Made by a program: the position numbers and the translations under genes. Under the pieces are notes generated by a model, which was not told where the DNA came from, ran no database searches, and saw only the letters and a list, made by a program, of their open reading frames with translations. DNA of 64,000 bases from Flavobacteriales bacterium (GTDB lineage Bacteria > Bacteroidota > Bacteroidia > Flavobacteriales_F > PHOS-HE28): contig JAEUSW010000089.1 of the NCBI GenBank assembly GCA_016788285.1, positions 11,211-75,210 on the forward strand. Reading direction: 5' to 3'. Below, one piece after another: positions 9,801 through 18,464 of the stretch (the first letter of the stretch is position 1; every line of letters begins with the position of its first letter).

Positions 9801-12800
9801 CGCACAGGCCGCTCACCTGCGGACCGCCATCCCCAGCGATCGGATCGGGCGACCAGTCGAACGTGTAGGGGCCGATGCCGCCCGTGGGGCCCACGGTGGC
9901 CGTGCCATCGCAGGCACCGGCGCAGCTCACGGGCGTGGACGACAGGCCTGGCACGAGCGAAGTGCCCGGCGCCACCAGGGCCGTATCGATCGCGATGCAG
10001 CCCGCACCGTTCTCCACCGCCACGAAGTAGCTCCCTGCGCACAGGCCCGTCAGCACATTGATGTTCTGGGCCAGGGTATCGCCCTGGGCGTCCGTCCACG
10101 TCACCGTGCATGGCGGCGATGCGCACGTGAACTGCACGCTCACTTCGCCATCGCAGGTGTTGCCGCAGGTGGTGCTGCCGTCCACGACGGTCAGCGCCTC
10201 GCCGTTGGCGTCGGTCACAGGCACCACGAGGCTCGCGCTGCAACCACCCGCATCGGTCACCGTCACGGTGTACAGTCCGGCGCAGAGCCCCGCGATCGAT
10301 GGCGCATTGCCCGCTGGCTGGCCGTTGCCATCGGTCCACTGGATGGTGTAGCCCGGCGTACCGCCGGCGATCGTCACCTCCGCCGTGCCGTTGCACACCT
10401 GGCACTGGCTGGGCGTACTGCTTCCCGAAAGCACCAGCGCGGTCGGTTCGGCGATGGTGAACACCACCGTGGTGTCGCAACCGTTCAGGTCGGCGATGGT
10501 GACCGTCCAATCCCCTGGACAGAGATCGAGCGCGGAGGCCGTACCCTGCCCGTTGGGCGGCACCGGCTGCCAGAAGTACGTGTAGCCCGGTGTGCCACCG
10601 GTGGGGCTCAGCACGATGCCAGCATCACAGCTGCCCGGGCATCCTTCCGGCGTGACCACGGCCACCGGATCGATCGGTGCCGGGGCCAGGATCAGGGCGC
10701 TCACCAGCAGGGTGCATCCACCCTGGTCCGTGATCAGCAGGTCGTAGCTGCCGGCGCAAAGCCCCGTGGCCTGCGGTCCCCCGTCACCGCCCGGCGGGTC
10801 GGGGGTCCAATCGAAGGTGTAGGGCGGCTGCCCCCCCACCGGACCCACCGTGGCGGTGCCGTCGCAACTGCCCGCACAGGTCTCGGGCGTGGTGCCCAGG
10901 TTGGCCACGATCGGCGGCGGCGAGGCCACCACGGCCGTGTCAATGCTGATGCAGCCCGATCCGTTGGTCACCTGCACCAGATAGCTGCCCGCACAGAGGT
11001 TGGTGGCGGTGTCGGTGGGCTGGCCCAGGTCCACGCCGAGGGCATCCGTCCACTGCACCGTGCAGGGCGGATCGCTGCACACGTATTGCACGCTCACCGA
11101 ACCATCACAACCGCCCGGGCAGCTGGTGAGGCCGTCGGTGGTGCTCAGCACCTCCCCGTCGCTGTCCGTGATCGCCACGGGCAGGGAGAAGAGGCATCCG
11201 TTGGCATCGCTCACCAGCACGGTATAGAGCCCGGCGCAGAGGTTGACCACGGCGCTGTCCGTGCCGATGATCACACCGCCCTGCCCCGTCCATTGGAAGC
11301 TGTATGGCGGTGTGCCCCCCGCGGGCTCCACCTCGGCCGCACCGATGCATTGCTGACATTGGCTCGGCGTGGTGGCCAGGGTGGCCGTCAACGGCAACGG
11401 CTCGTCCAGGATGAAGGTGGCCGTGGTGTCGCACCCGTTCGCATCCGTCACAAGGACCACATAGGTCCCCGGGCACAGACCGAAGGCGCTGTTGGTGCCA
11501 TCGCCGTTCGGCGGATCGGGCGTCCAGTTGAAGGAGTAGCCTGGCGTTCCACCGTTCACGTTCAGCACGATGCTGCCATCGCACTGGCCGTTGCAGGTGA
11601 TGGGCGACACGGATGCGCCCGGATCGAGGGGCTGCGGTCCGGTGATCAGCACCTGCACCGTGGTGTCGCAGTTGAAGAAGTCGGAGATGGTCACCGTGTA
11701 CACGCCCGCGCACAGGCCCGTGGCCTGCGGTGTGCCCTGGCCTGCGCCCGGAGCCGGCGACCAACTGTAGGTGTAGGGTGCTTCACCGCCCGTGGGGCCC
11801 ACCGTGGCCGTGCCGTCACAGGCGTCCGCACAGCTCACCGGCGTGGTGCCCAGGTTCGGTACGATCGGCTGGAACGGCAGGATGGTGTAGCTCTCGGTGG
11901 TATCGCAGCCCAGCGCATCGGTGATGGTGAGACTGTAGGTGATGCCGGCGCAAAGCCCCGTGGCGATGTTGGTGCCCTGACCTCCACCCGGTGCCGGCGT
12001 CCACAGGAAGGTGTACGGAGCACCGTTCCCTCCCGTGGGGAAGGCCGCCGCACTGCCCGTGCACGGCCCGTTGCAGGTCTCGTTGCCCCACTGCAGGCTC
12101 GACACGATCGGAGGCGGCTTCACCACGTTGAAGGTGACCGTGGTGTCGCAGCCGTTCACATCCGTCACCGTCAGCGTATACAGGCCATCGCAGAGGCCCG
12201 TCACGCTCCCGGTGCCCTGCCCGGTCCCTGGCGCCGGAGACCAGAAGAAGGTGTACGGGCCCGTGCCACCGGTCGGGGTGGAGGTGGCCGATCCCGTGCA
12301 GGTCAACGCGCAGATCCCGTCCACGATCACCAGACCCACATCGATCGGCTGTTGCGGCAGGATGTCGAACGTGAGGGTGGTGTCACAGCCACCTGCATCG
12401 GTCACCGTGAGGGAGTAGGTACCGGCGCAAAGCCCCGTGGCGTTCGGCGTGCCCTGGCCGGCACCCGGCGTGGGAGCCCAGGTGTATTGGTAGCCGGGTT
12501 GTCCGCCGCTCACGGACACGCTCGCCGTGCCGTCGCACGGTCCGTTGCACGTCTCGTCCGTCACCGTCAGGACCGCGTTCAAGGCCGGTGGTGCCGGCAC
12601 GTTGATCACCAGCACCGTGTCGCACTGCGCCTGATCGCTGATCACCACGGTCCAGTCACCCGGGCACAGTCCGCTCACGTTCGCCGTGCCCGCCCCCACC
12701 GGTGGCACCGGGGTCCAGGCGAACGTGTACGGCGCCAGGCCGCCCGTCACCACCAGGTCGATGGCCCCGTCGCACACATCCGCGCAGCTGGCCGGGGTCA

Positions 12801-15800
12801 CCTGCGGAGTGGCCTGGATCCCGCTCGGCGTGCTGATCGTGAAGGCGATCGTGGTGTCGCACCCATTGGCGTCGGCCACCACCAGTGTGTATGCACCGGG
12901 ACAAAGACCCGTCGCGTTCGGGGTGCCCTGACCTCCGCCCGGTGCCGGTGCCCATACGTAGGTGTAGCCCGGTGTGCCACCGTTCACCGTGGCCGTGGCC
13001 GTGCCGTCGCACGCACCTCCGCAGCTCGCCGGGGTGGTCGCCAGCTGCACATCCAGCGGGTCCGGCGCATCGATCGTGATCGCCAGGGTGGTGTCGCAGC
13101 CCAACGCATCGGTCACCAGCAAGGTGTAGTTGCCCGCGCAGAGCCCTGCGGCGTTCGAGGTGCCCTGGCCGCTGCCCGGGGACGGTGTCCAGAGATAGGT
13201 GTATCCGGGCGTGCCTCCGCTCACCGCGGCCGTCGCCGCGCCGTCGCACACATCGGCACAACTGGCGTCCGTCGGCGTCAGTTGCACATCCAGCGCAGGA
13301 GGAGCTTGCAGGTCGATCGTCAGCGTGGTGTCGCAACCACCGGAGGCGATCGTCACGCTCCAAAGGCCCGCGCACAGACTGGTGGCCTGGGGCTGGCCCT
13401 GTCCGTTGGGCGGCTGCGGGACCCAGGTGAAGGTGTACGAACCCGTGCCGCCGGTGGGCGCCAGCGTGATGCTGCCGTCGCACGAACCGGAGCATACCGG
13501 CTCCACCACCACCTCGTTCGGCAGGATGGCCACCGGGGCGTTCACCGTGAAGGCGATGGTGCTGTCGCACCCCAGCGCGTCGGTCACGGTCAACTGGTAG
13601 GGCCCTGCGCACAGACCGGTGGCGTTCGGTGTGCCCTGGCCTGCACCCGGTGCAGGGGACCACAGGTACGTGTAGTTCGGCGTGCCGCCTGTGATGATCA
13701 CCCCCGCTTCACCGTCGCACACCCCGGGGCACGAGGCGTCCTGCACGTTCAGCGAGAACTGCAACGGCACCGCATCGAGGATGGTGAAGGGCACGGTGAC
13801 CGAGCATCCGTTCGCATCCGTGATGAGCACGCTGTACGGTCCGGCGCACAGGCCCGTCGCGTCCGCCGTGCCCTGGCCTCCGCCGGGTGCGGGCGTCCAC
13901 ACGTAGCTGTAACCGGGCGTACCACCGCTCACGGCCACGGAGGCCGTGCCGTCGCACTGGCCACCGCAGGTCACATCGGTCTGCGTCGGAACGGCGTCCA
14001 GGGGTGGGGGCTCGGCGAGCGAGAAGGTGATGGTGGTGTCACATCCGTTCGCATCGATGATCTCGACCCAGTAACTGGCTCCACAGAGCCCGGTGTTCGT
14101 TGTACCGACGGCGCCATTGGACCAGGTGATGCCATAGCCGGGCGTTCCGCCGGACACCTGCACCGAAGCCGATCCATCGCAGGCGCCGGAGCAGCTCACC
14201 GAGGTGGTGTCCAGCACGATGGTGAACGGTGGTGGCGCGGTGATCGTGAACGCGATCAGCGTGTCGCACCCCGCTGCGTCGGCCACCAGCAGGCTGTAGG
14301 CGCCGGCACAGAGGCCCGTGGCGTTCGGTGTGCCCTGGCCCGTGCCCGGAGCCGGCGTCCAGGTGTACGTGTACCCGGGCGTTCCCCCGCTCACCACCAC
14401 CCCCGCACTTCCGTCGCAGCTGTTCGCACAGGTGGCGTTCGCCGAGGTCAGCGCGGCCAGCAGCGGCGGTGGCGAGGCGATGGTGAAGCTCACCAGCGTG
14501 TCGCAGCCCGTGGCCTGATCGGTGATCAGTACGGTTCCATTCCCGGCGCACAACCCGGTGGCCGTGCCGGTACCCTGCCCGCTTCCCGGCGCAGGGGTCC
14601 ACTGGAAGGTGAACGGGCCCACCGCCCCGGTCGGGGTGGCCGTGGCCGTGCCGTCGCAGGCATCGGCGCAACTGGCCGGGGTGGTCGCCAGGTTCGGCAC
14701 GATCGCCGGCGGCGCCACCAGGTTGAACGCGATAAGGGTATCGCAGCCATTGACGTCGGCCACCAGCACCGTATAGCTGCCCGCACAAAGGCCGGTCACC
14801 TGAGGAGTACCGTCCCCGGCCGGGCTGCCCGGCTCCCAGTCGTACGTGTACCCCGGCGTACCCCCCGTGACGGTCACCTCCGCCGTGCCGTCGCAGTCCC
14901 CGGCGCAGTTCGGTGGTGTGCTCTGCAGCGTGGCCGCCAGGGGCAGCAGGGTGATCGTGAAGGTGGTGTCGAACACGCAGCCGTTCGCATCGATGATCTC
15001 CAACGAGTTCACCCCTGCGCACAACTGCGTGGGGTTCGGTACGGTCTCCGCGCCGTTGTTCCAGTCGTACTGATAGCCGAAGCCGGTGCCGCCGCCGGGG
15101 AACGTGATCGCCGTGCCATTGCACACGTTCGCGCAGGCCGGGGGGTTCAAGCCGAAGAAGACCACCCCCAGCGGGGGCGGCGGTGTCACCAGGATGGACG
15201 CGAAACAGCCGACGTTCTGGCCGAGGTCGGTGACGATCACCAGCTTGTTCCCAGCGCAGGTGTTCACCCACGGGAGGGATGTTCCCGTTCCGTTGGGGCC
15301 GCCCTGCCATTGGATGGCGAACGGCCCGATGCCGCCCTGGATGGAGACGTTCACCGCCGCATCGCACACCCCGTTGCAGCTCACCCCGAAGCCGTTGTAG
15401 TCGCTGGTCACCGCGGGGTTCACCTGGAAGGGCGTCTGCCCGGCCCCCGTGCCGCAATTCACCGCCATGCGCATCAGCTCCTCCTGCCCCACCGCCGTGC
15501 CGTCCCACCTCCGGGCGACACCGCTCACGAGCAGCGCGGTGGACGGCTGCCAGGCCACGCGCGGCGCACCCGCGCCCTCGAGGGCGTCCACCAGGACCGT
15601 GGCACCGTCGGCCTTCAACCCGCGCTCGGCCTTGGGGCCCACGACCAGTGTGCCGGACTTCAGCACCCCGCCGTGCAGGTGCAGCTCACCCCGCTCCAAC
15701 CGCAGGGCGTGGGCCGCATCGATCGCCAGCGCGCTCATCAGGTCCCAGTTCCCGGGGCCGTCCAACACCACATCGCTACCCACCTCCACCCCGTGCAGGT

Positions 15801-16206
15801 CGATCACCGCATCGCCGGCGCGGCCCGTGAGCTGCACACCGCCCTGCACCTTCATCCCCGCATCACCCGCCATCACCCAGCCCCCGGCGATCGCCAGACG
15901 CGCCTCCGCACCTCCGTCCACGCGTACACGCGCATGGCGCGCGTCCACATGCAGCGAACGACAGGCCTCCGGTCGCTCCACCCGCACGTGCGCCGCGCGC
16001 TCACCACCGATGTGCACATCGGTGCGTTCGTCCGGCACGCCGGCACCGCCCGCTCCATCCGGTGTGGCGGACCACATGCGGGCATCGCTCCAGCCTCCAT
16101 CGCCGCCGGTCCAGTAGAGGACATCCTGGGCGCGCACCACACCCCCCATCAGGAGCAGCGTGAGCAATACCAGGCGGAAGTGCGTTCGGGGTCGGTGGTC
16201 CTTCAT
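6826..16206 (-). CDS. SprB-repeat giant cell-surface protein with T9SS type-B (gliding-motility-associated) C-terminal sorting domain
   Basis: 3126-aa track ORF with signal peptide LLTLLLMGGVVRAQ. About 33 units carry the pattern C-x2-C-DG-(T/S)-A...GG-x-PGY-x-(Y/F)-x-W...GLCAG-x-Y...D-x-x-GCD (SprB repeat, PF13573 from memory). The C-terminus FTPNGDGWNDAWQI...YSRWGELLF...WDGRYNGG.VPVGTYYY matches the type-B CTD (TIGR04131-type). Confidence 0.93.
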   Translation of the reverse strand: MKDHRPRTHFRLVLLTLLLMGGVVRAQDVLYWTGGDGGWSDARMWSATPDGAGGAGVPDERTDVHIGGERAAHVRVERPEACRSLHVDARHARVRVDGGAEARLAIAGGWVMAGDAGMKVQGGVQLTGRAGDAVIDLHGVEVGSDVVLDGPGNWDLMSALAIDAAHALRLERGELHLHGGVLKSGTLVVGPKAERGLKADGATVLVDALEGAGAPRVAWQPSTALLVSGVARRWDGTAVGQEELMRMAVNCGTGAGQTPFQVNPAVTSDYNGFGVSCNGVCDAAVNVSIQGGIGPFAIQWQGGPNGTGTSLPWVNTCAGNKLVIVTDLGQNVGCFASILVTPPPPLGVVFFGLNPPACANVCNGTAITFPGGGTGFGYQYDWNNGAETVPNPTQLCAGVNSLEIIDANGCVFDTTFTITLLPLAATLQSTPPNCAGDCDGTAEVTVTGGTPGYTYDWEPGSPAGDGTPQVTGLCAGSYTVLVADVNGCDTLIAFNLVAPPAIVPNLATTPASCADACDGTATATPTGAVGPFTFQWTPAPGSGQGTGTATGLCAGNGTVLITDQATGCDTLVSFTIASPPPLLAALTSANATCANSCDGSAGVVVSGGTPGYTYTWTPAPGTGQGTPNATGLCAGAYSLLVADAAGCDTLIAFTITAPPPFTIVLDTTSVSCSGACDGSASVQVSGGTPGYGITWSNGAVGTTNTGLCGASYWVEIIDANGCDTTITFSLAEPPPLDAVPTQTDVTCGGQCDGTASVAVSGGTPGYSYVWTPAPGGGQGTADATGLCAGPYSVLITDANGCSVTVPFTILDAVPLQFSLNVQDASCPGVCDGEAGVIITGGTPNYTYLWSPAPGAGQGTPNATGLCAGPYQLTVTDALGCDSTIAFTVNAPVAILPNEVVVEPVCSGSCDGSITLAPTGGTGSYTFTWVPQPPNGQGQPQATSLCAGLWSVTIASGGCDTTLTIDLQAPPALDVQLTPTDASCADVCDGAATAAVSGGTPGYTYLWTPSPGSGQGTSNAAGLCAGNYTLLVTDALGCDTTLAITIDAPDPLDVQLATTPASCGGACDGTATATVNGGTPGYTYVWAPAPGGGQGTPNATGLCPGAYTLVVADANGCDTTIAFTISTPSGIQATPQVTPASCADVCDGAIDLVVTGGLAPYTFAWTPVPPVGAGTANVSGLCPGDWTVVISDQAQCDTVLVINVPAPPALNAVLTVTDETCNGPCDGTASVSVSGGQPGYQYTWAPTPGAGQGTPNATGLCAGTYSLTVTDAGGCDTTLTFDILPQQPIDVGLVIVDGICALTCTGSATSTPTGGTGPYTFFWSPAPGTGQGTGSVTGLCDGLYTLTVTDVNGCDTTVTFNVVKPPPIVSSLQWGNETCNGPCTGSAAAFPTGGNGAPYTFLWTPAPGGGQGTNIATGLCAGITYSLTITDALGCDTTESYTILPFQPIVPNLGTTPVSCADACDGTATVGPTGGEAPYTYSWSPAPGAGQGTPQATGLCAGVYTVTISDFFNCDTTVQVLITGPQPLDPGASVSPITCNGQCDGSIVLNVNGGTPGYSFNWTPDPPNGDGTNSAFGLCPGTYVVLVTDANGCDTTATFILDEPLPLTATLATTPSQCQQCIGAAEVEPAGGTPPYSFQWTGQGGVIIGTDSAVVNLCAGLYTVLVSDANGCLFSLPVAITDSDGEVLSTTDGLTSCPGGCDGSVSVQYVCSDPPCTVQWTDALGVDLGQPTDTATNLCAGSYLVQVTNGSGCISIDTAVVASPPPIVANLGTTPETCAGSCDGTATVGPVGGQPPYTFDWTPDPPGGDGGPQATGLCAGSYDLLITDQGGCTLLVSALILAPAPIDPVAVVTPEGCPGSCDAGIVLSPTGGTPGYTYFWQPVPPNGQGTASALDLCPGDWTVTIADLNGCDTTVVFTIAEPTALVLSGSSTPSQCQVCNGTAEVTIAGGTPGYTIQWTDGNGQPAGNAPSIAGLCAGLYTVTVTDAGGCSASLVVPVTDANGEALTVVDGSTTCGNTCDGEVSVQFTCASPPCTVTWTDAQGDTLAQNINVLTGLCAGSYFVAVENGAGCIAIDTALVAPGTSLVPGLSSTPVSCAGACDGTATVGPTGGIGPYTFDWSPDPIAGDGGPQVSGLCAGVYTVQIVDQGTGCDTLVNVLILEPQPLSVTAVVEDASCEALCNGSIVVTVQGGTGPYTYAWSPVPANGDGTNAAFGLCAGSYDLLITDANGCDTLITYTIAEPPPLVLTASATPSECGQCIGAAEVEVTGGTAPYTFAWSLNGAPVGADSVLTNLCAGLYTATVQDANGCLAALLVPITDSNGEVVSTTDGITSCPGECDGEVSASFTCSDPPCTSVWTDALGNDLNEPGPSLDSLCAGPYYIVVTNASGCITIDTATVVEPDPIVAQLSTTPVTCAGLCDGTATVGISGGVGPYTIDWSPDPINGDGTPQVTDLCAGAYDLIITDASGCSITVAVLILEPQPLSVTAVEEPVSCTGACDASIVLTVTGGTPGYSFDWTPDPPNGDGTNAAFDLCAGSYAVLITDLNGCDTTLTFTVVDPPLFEAQLSTTDNLCFGDCAGTATAILSGGVPGYTLTWSDAGGVILAQDTTFIDGLCAGDYTLVALDANGCTITLPFTIGQGTAIDAGLLFTNETCFGPCDGTASVSPTGGAGGFTYLWQPQPGGGQGTPNATGLCPGNWTVTIADSLGCDTTVAFTILPFAPIVPNEVVADVLCNGACDGTITVAPTGGFGNFGFTWTPVPPNGQGTASATGLCPGAWSVTIADGIGCDTTVTFTIQEPSPVQVTVDNIVPASCNTAADGSIAITIGGGVGGYSVLWAGPGGFTSGAEDIVQLLPGPYTVVVTDANGCSASANAQVDALVTVTADAGAGQQVCSGAVVTLDGSASTGASSWQWTDGQGNVVGTQPVLTLTGLAPGSYTYTLTVTDGPCSAQDQVTVEVWTSPFADAGADRTIFLNAQTELGGDPSGPLGSTFSWQPDSLVDDPTAANPLSTPPGTTWFVLTVTTPDGCSAVDSVLVTVVPEVVIPSGFTPNGDGWNDAWQIDLIDMFPECEVEVYSRWGELLFQSVGYTEPWDGRYNGGLVPVGTYYYAIRLNHPDFPEPYTGPLTVIR
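7585..15384 (-). repeat. SprB-type coding repeat array (~33 units of ~78 aa)
   Basis: Boundaries come from residue counting: the first unit is at about aa 275 and the last ends at about aa 2874 of the 3126-aa protein. Confidence 0.75.
8536..11400 (-). repeat. Higher-order repeat: three tandem copies of a 4-unit block (317-319 aa, ~954 nt)
   Basis: Copy boundaries were read in the DNA: ...DEPL|PLTATLATTPSQC at ~11400, ...IAEPT|ALVLSGSSTPSQC at ~10445, ...IAEPP|PLVLTASATPSEC at ~9487. The array ends at ...VVDPP (~8536). Homologous antisense positions 9134, 10088 and 11042 are 954 nt apart. Partial copies flank both sides. Confidence 0.8.
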
Positions 16207-16212
16207 GGGGTC

Positions 16213-17151
16213 CTATTCGAAGATGGGGCAGCTGACGATGCGCTTGCTGGGGTCGACCGGTATGCAGGGGGTGATGCCCAGGATCACCTCGTGCGTGTTG
16301 CTGCTCGCGGCCTTCAGGCGCGAGGTGGTGATGTCGTAAGCGTAGCCGAGGGTGAAGAACTTCAGGAAGCCGAACTTCACCATGGCCACCACCGCGTCCT
16401 GGTTGCGGTAACTCACCCCGATGCCCAGCACGCGGTTCCACTCCAGCATGGCGTTGACGTCCATGGCCATGGGCGACCCGCGTGAGAGCTTGATCAGTGC
16501 GTTGGGCGTCACCGAGGTCTTGCGGCCGATGCGCCACCGGTAGCCCGCGCTCAGCATGTAGTGCGGGCTCAGCCGCGAGTCGACCCCGATGCCGGGCACC
16601 CGGTTGTTCAGCAGCTGGTGCACACTCAGCCCGGCCCAATAGGTCTTGCTGTACAGCCAGATGCCGGGCGAGATGATCGGGAACACGAAGCTGGAGCTCC
16701 TGCTCGCCAGCACCGGGTCGTTGAAGTCGGCCACCAGCGTCTGCCCCACATCGAACTTCTGCTGCTTCACGCCCAGGAAGGTGCCCATGGCCAGGTAGTG
16801 GTCCATGTTCATGCGCACGTGGTAGGCATACGCGAGGTTGATGAGCGTGTAGCCCAGCGGACCCGTGTCATCGGCCTCCACGTAGCCACCGATGCCGTGC
16901 TTGCCCTTCAGGTAGGGCTTTCTCTTGTTGCGGATGGTGGCGTGCACACTGGCCCAGCCCGTGGTGGGCGCGTTCTCGAAGCCCACCCACTGCTTGCGGA
17001 AACCCAGCCGCACGTCGATGCAGTCCTTGCTGCCCGCCACCGCCGGGTTGATGTTGAAGTAGTTGAGGACGTTCTGCGAGTACTGCGGCACCTGCTGCGC
17101 CCGCACCCCCAGGGCGCACAGCACGACCGTCACCAGCAGCAGGCCCCTCAT
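16213..17151 (-). CDS. PorP/SprF-family type IX secretion system membrane protein
   Basis: 312-aa track ORF starting MRGLLLVTVVLCALGVRAQQVPQYSQNVLNYFNINPAVAG. It has an ATGA overlap with the upstream type-B cargo gene. The giant gene starts 6 nt downstream. Confidence 0.85.
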   Translation of the reverse strand: MRGLLLVTVVLCALGVRAQQVPQYSQNVLNYFNINPAVAGSKDCIDVRLGFRKQWVGFENAPTTGWASVHATIRNKRKPYLKGKHGIGGYVEADDTGPLGYTLINLAYAYHVRMNMDHYLAMGTFLGVKQQKFDVGQTLVADFNDPVLASRSSSFVFPIISPGIWLYSKTYWAGLSVHQLLNNRVPGIGVDSRLSPHYMLSAGYRWRIGRKTSVTPNALIKLSRGSPMAMDVNAMLEWNRVLGIGVSYRNQDAVVAMVKFGFLKFFTLGYAYDITTSRLKAASSNTHEVILGITPCIPVDPSKRIVSCPIFE

Positions 17152-18155
17152 CGCACGATGGTGATGGACCCGGTGTAGGCCGCGGCGGACCCGCCCTCCC
17201 GGGTGTTGAGCACGATGTGGTAGTAATAGGTGGCCATCGGCAGCCGTGCGCCGCCGTTGGTGCCGTCCCAGGGTTCGGCGTAGCCCACATCGCGGAACAC
17301 GCGCTGGCCCCAGCGGTCATAGATCGTCACCTCGCAGGCCGGGTAGTCCGCGATGCCGAAGATGGTCCAGGTGTCGTTGTGCCCGTCGCCGTTCGGGGTG
17401 AAGGTGTTGGTGGGCTGTATCCGGCGGATCACCTCCACCAACACCTCGTCGCTGTACGTGCAGCCGTTCAACTGTGTGGTCACCGTGTAGGTCGTGGTCT
17501 CCGACGGGTTGGCCAGCGGGTCGGCGATCGCGTCATCGCTCAGCCCGGCGTTCGGCGTCCAGGTGTAGGTGGTGCCGCCGGTGGCCTCCAGCTCCGCGAA
17601 CTCGCCCTCACCGATCTCCACGTCCTCGCCCGCGCTGAAGTCCACCCCCACGATGTCCGCTCCAGGTCCGCCGATCGTGACCCCGAAGTCGCACTGCGCG
17701 CTGATCGAGGCCCCGTTGTCCGCCACCCCGCTCACCAGCACCCAATACTGCGTGTTGGCCGACAGGCTGTCGGTGGTCATGGTGAAGTCCACCGAATCCT
17801 GGGTGCAATCGCCCACCGCGGTGAAGCTGCCCGGCTGGCAGCTGCCGTCGCCGCTCAGCACGATGACGCTGAGCTCATTGTCCATGCCGGCCACCACCGG
17901 GCAGTCCAGGCCGTTGATGACCACGTTCACCGCCCCGCCCTGCGAATTGGTGGTGAAGGTGTACCACAGCACGCTGTTGGTGCCGGGGCAGAAGCCCGGT
18001 ATGCCCACGGCCCCCGTGTTGTTGCCCGTGAGCGGCTGCTGGGCGCAGAGGGTCAGCGCCGACGCGCAATCGTCGTTCACCGGTTGGGCCCACAGCACAG
18101 GCCCGCCCGCCAGCAAAGGCAGCAGCACCAAGGCGATCCGCGGCAGGGTGGGCAT
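17148..18155 (-). CDS. Small (335 aa) secreted protein with T9SS type-B C-terminal sorting domain
   Basis: This is the lower part of track ORF 17148..19874. The real start is the ATG at 18155 (MPTLPRIALVLLPLLAGGPVLWAQP signal peptide), located by residue counting and seen as 'cat' at 18153-18155. The C-terminus reads FTPNGDGHNDTWTIFGIADYP.CEVTIYDRWGQRVF...WDGTNGG...ATYYY. The upstream part of the track ORF is antisense to glyQS. Confidence 0.85.
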   Translation of the reverse strand: MPTLPRIALVLLPLLAGGPVLWAQPVNDDCASALTLCAQQPLTGNNTGAVGIPGFCPGTNSVLWYTFTTNSQGGAVNVVINGLDCPVVAGMDNELSVIVLSGDGSCQPGSFTAVGDCTQDSVDFTMTTDSLSANTQYWVLVSGVADNGASISAQCDFGVTIGGPGADIVGVDFSAGEDVEIGEGEFAELEATGGTTYTWTPNAGLSDDAIADPLANPSETTTYTVTTQLNGCTYSDEVLVEVIRRIQPTNTFTPNGDGHNDTWTIFGIADYPACEVTIYDRWGQRVFRDVGYAEPWDGTNGGARLPMATYYYHIVLNTREGGSAAAYTGSITIVR

Positions 18156-18185
18156 GGACGGGGCAGGACGCACGAGCGGCCGCGC

Positions 18186-18193
18186 CGAAAGTA
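18186..18193 (-). promoter_or_regulatory. Candidate Bacteroidota -7 box (TACTTTCG, one mismatch to TAnnTTTG) for the cargo/PorP array
   Basis: The reverse complement of cgaaagta lies 30 nt upstream of the ATG at 18155. The spacing is similar to the perfect box upstream of the lipoprotein gene at 23828. Confidence 0.3.
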
Positions 18194-18464
18194 CCCGGGG
18201 GGCCGGCCGAGGCTGGCCGTGGCCCCCTCCAAGTTGCGCACACGGACGTGTTGACGGGACGCGGTGCGGTGCGATCCCTTTCGAGCTGGGTTCCATGGCC
18301 TTTTCAACGCTCGCATCCCGCGTGAACGTGCGTCGTCCGGACCACGCCGCGACCATCGCGGTGCGGCCCGGGTCGCCGGCATGGGCCAAGCCGCGGATCA
18401 CGGCGCGGCTCCCCATCTTTGCGCCCGCGCCGCCGAAGGGTTCCAGGGCGACCGCGACCACACC

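Noticed and set aside
9116-11227. Exact 942-nt spacing of three antisense track ORF starts (9116, 10058, 11000), first taken as the super-repeat period
   Set aside because: The start codons are not at homologous positions. Aligning the shared ASVH motif gives 9134, 10088 and 11042, so the true period is about 954 nt. This matches the counted copy lengths of 317-319 aa.
1-16206. Regular ~240-nt and ~235-nt periodicity that could suggest a CRISPR-like or satellite array
   Set aside because: The periodic units are long, diverged and fully inside open reading frames with conserved amino-acid patterns. There are no short identical repeats separated by unique spacers.
8173-16485. 2770-aa plus-strand ORF, the second longest in the track
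   Set aside because: It runs antisense to the SprB-repeat gene and the PorP gene. The translation is Arg/Gly/His/Ala-rich with no signal peptide, domains or sensible repeats. The minus-strand frame shows a conserved Cys-spaced repeat, a signal peptide and a T9SS CTD. It is a typical stop-poor shadow frame in GC-rich DNA.
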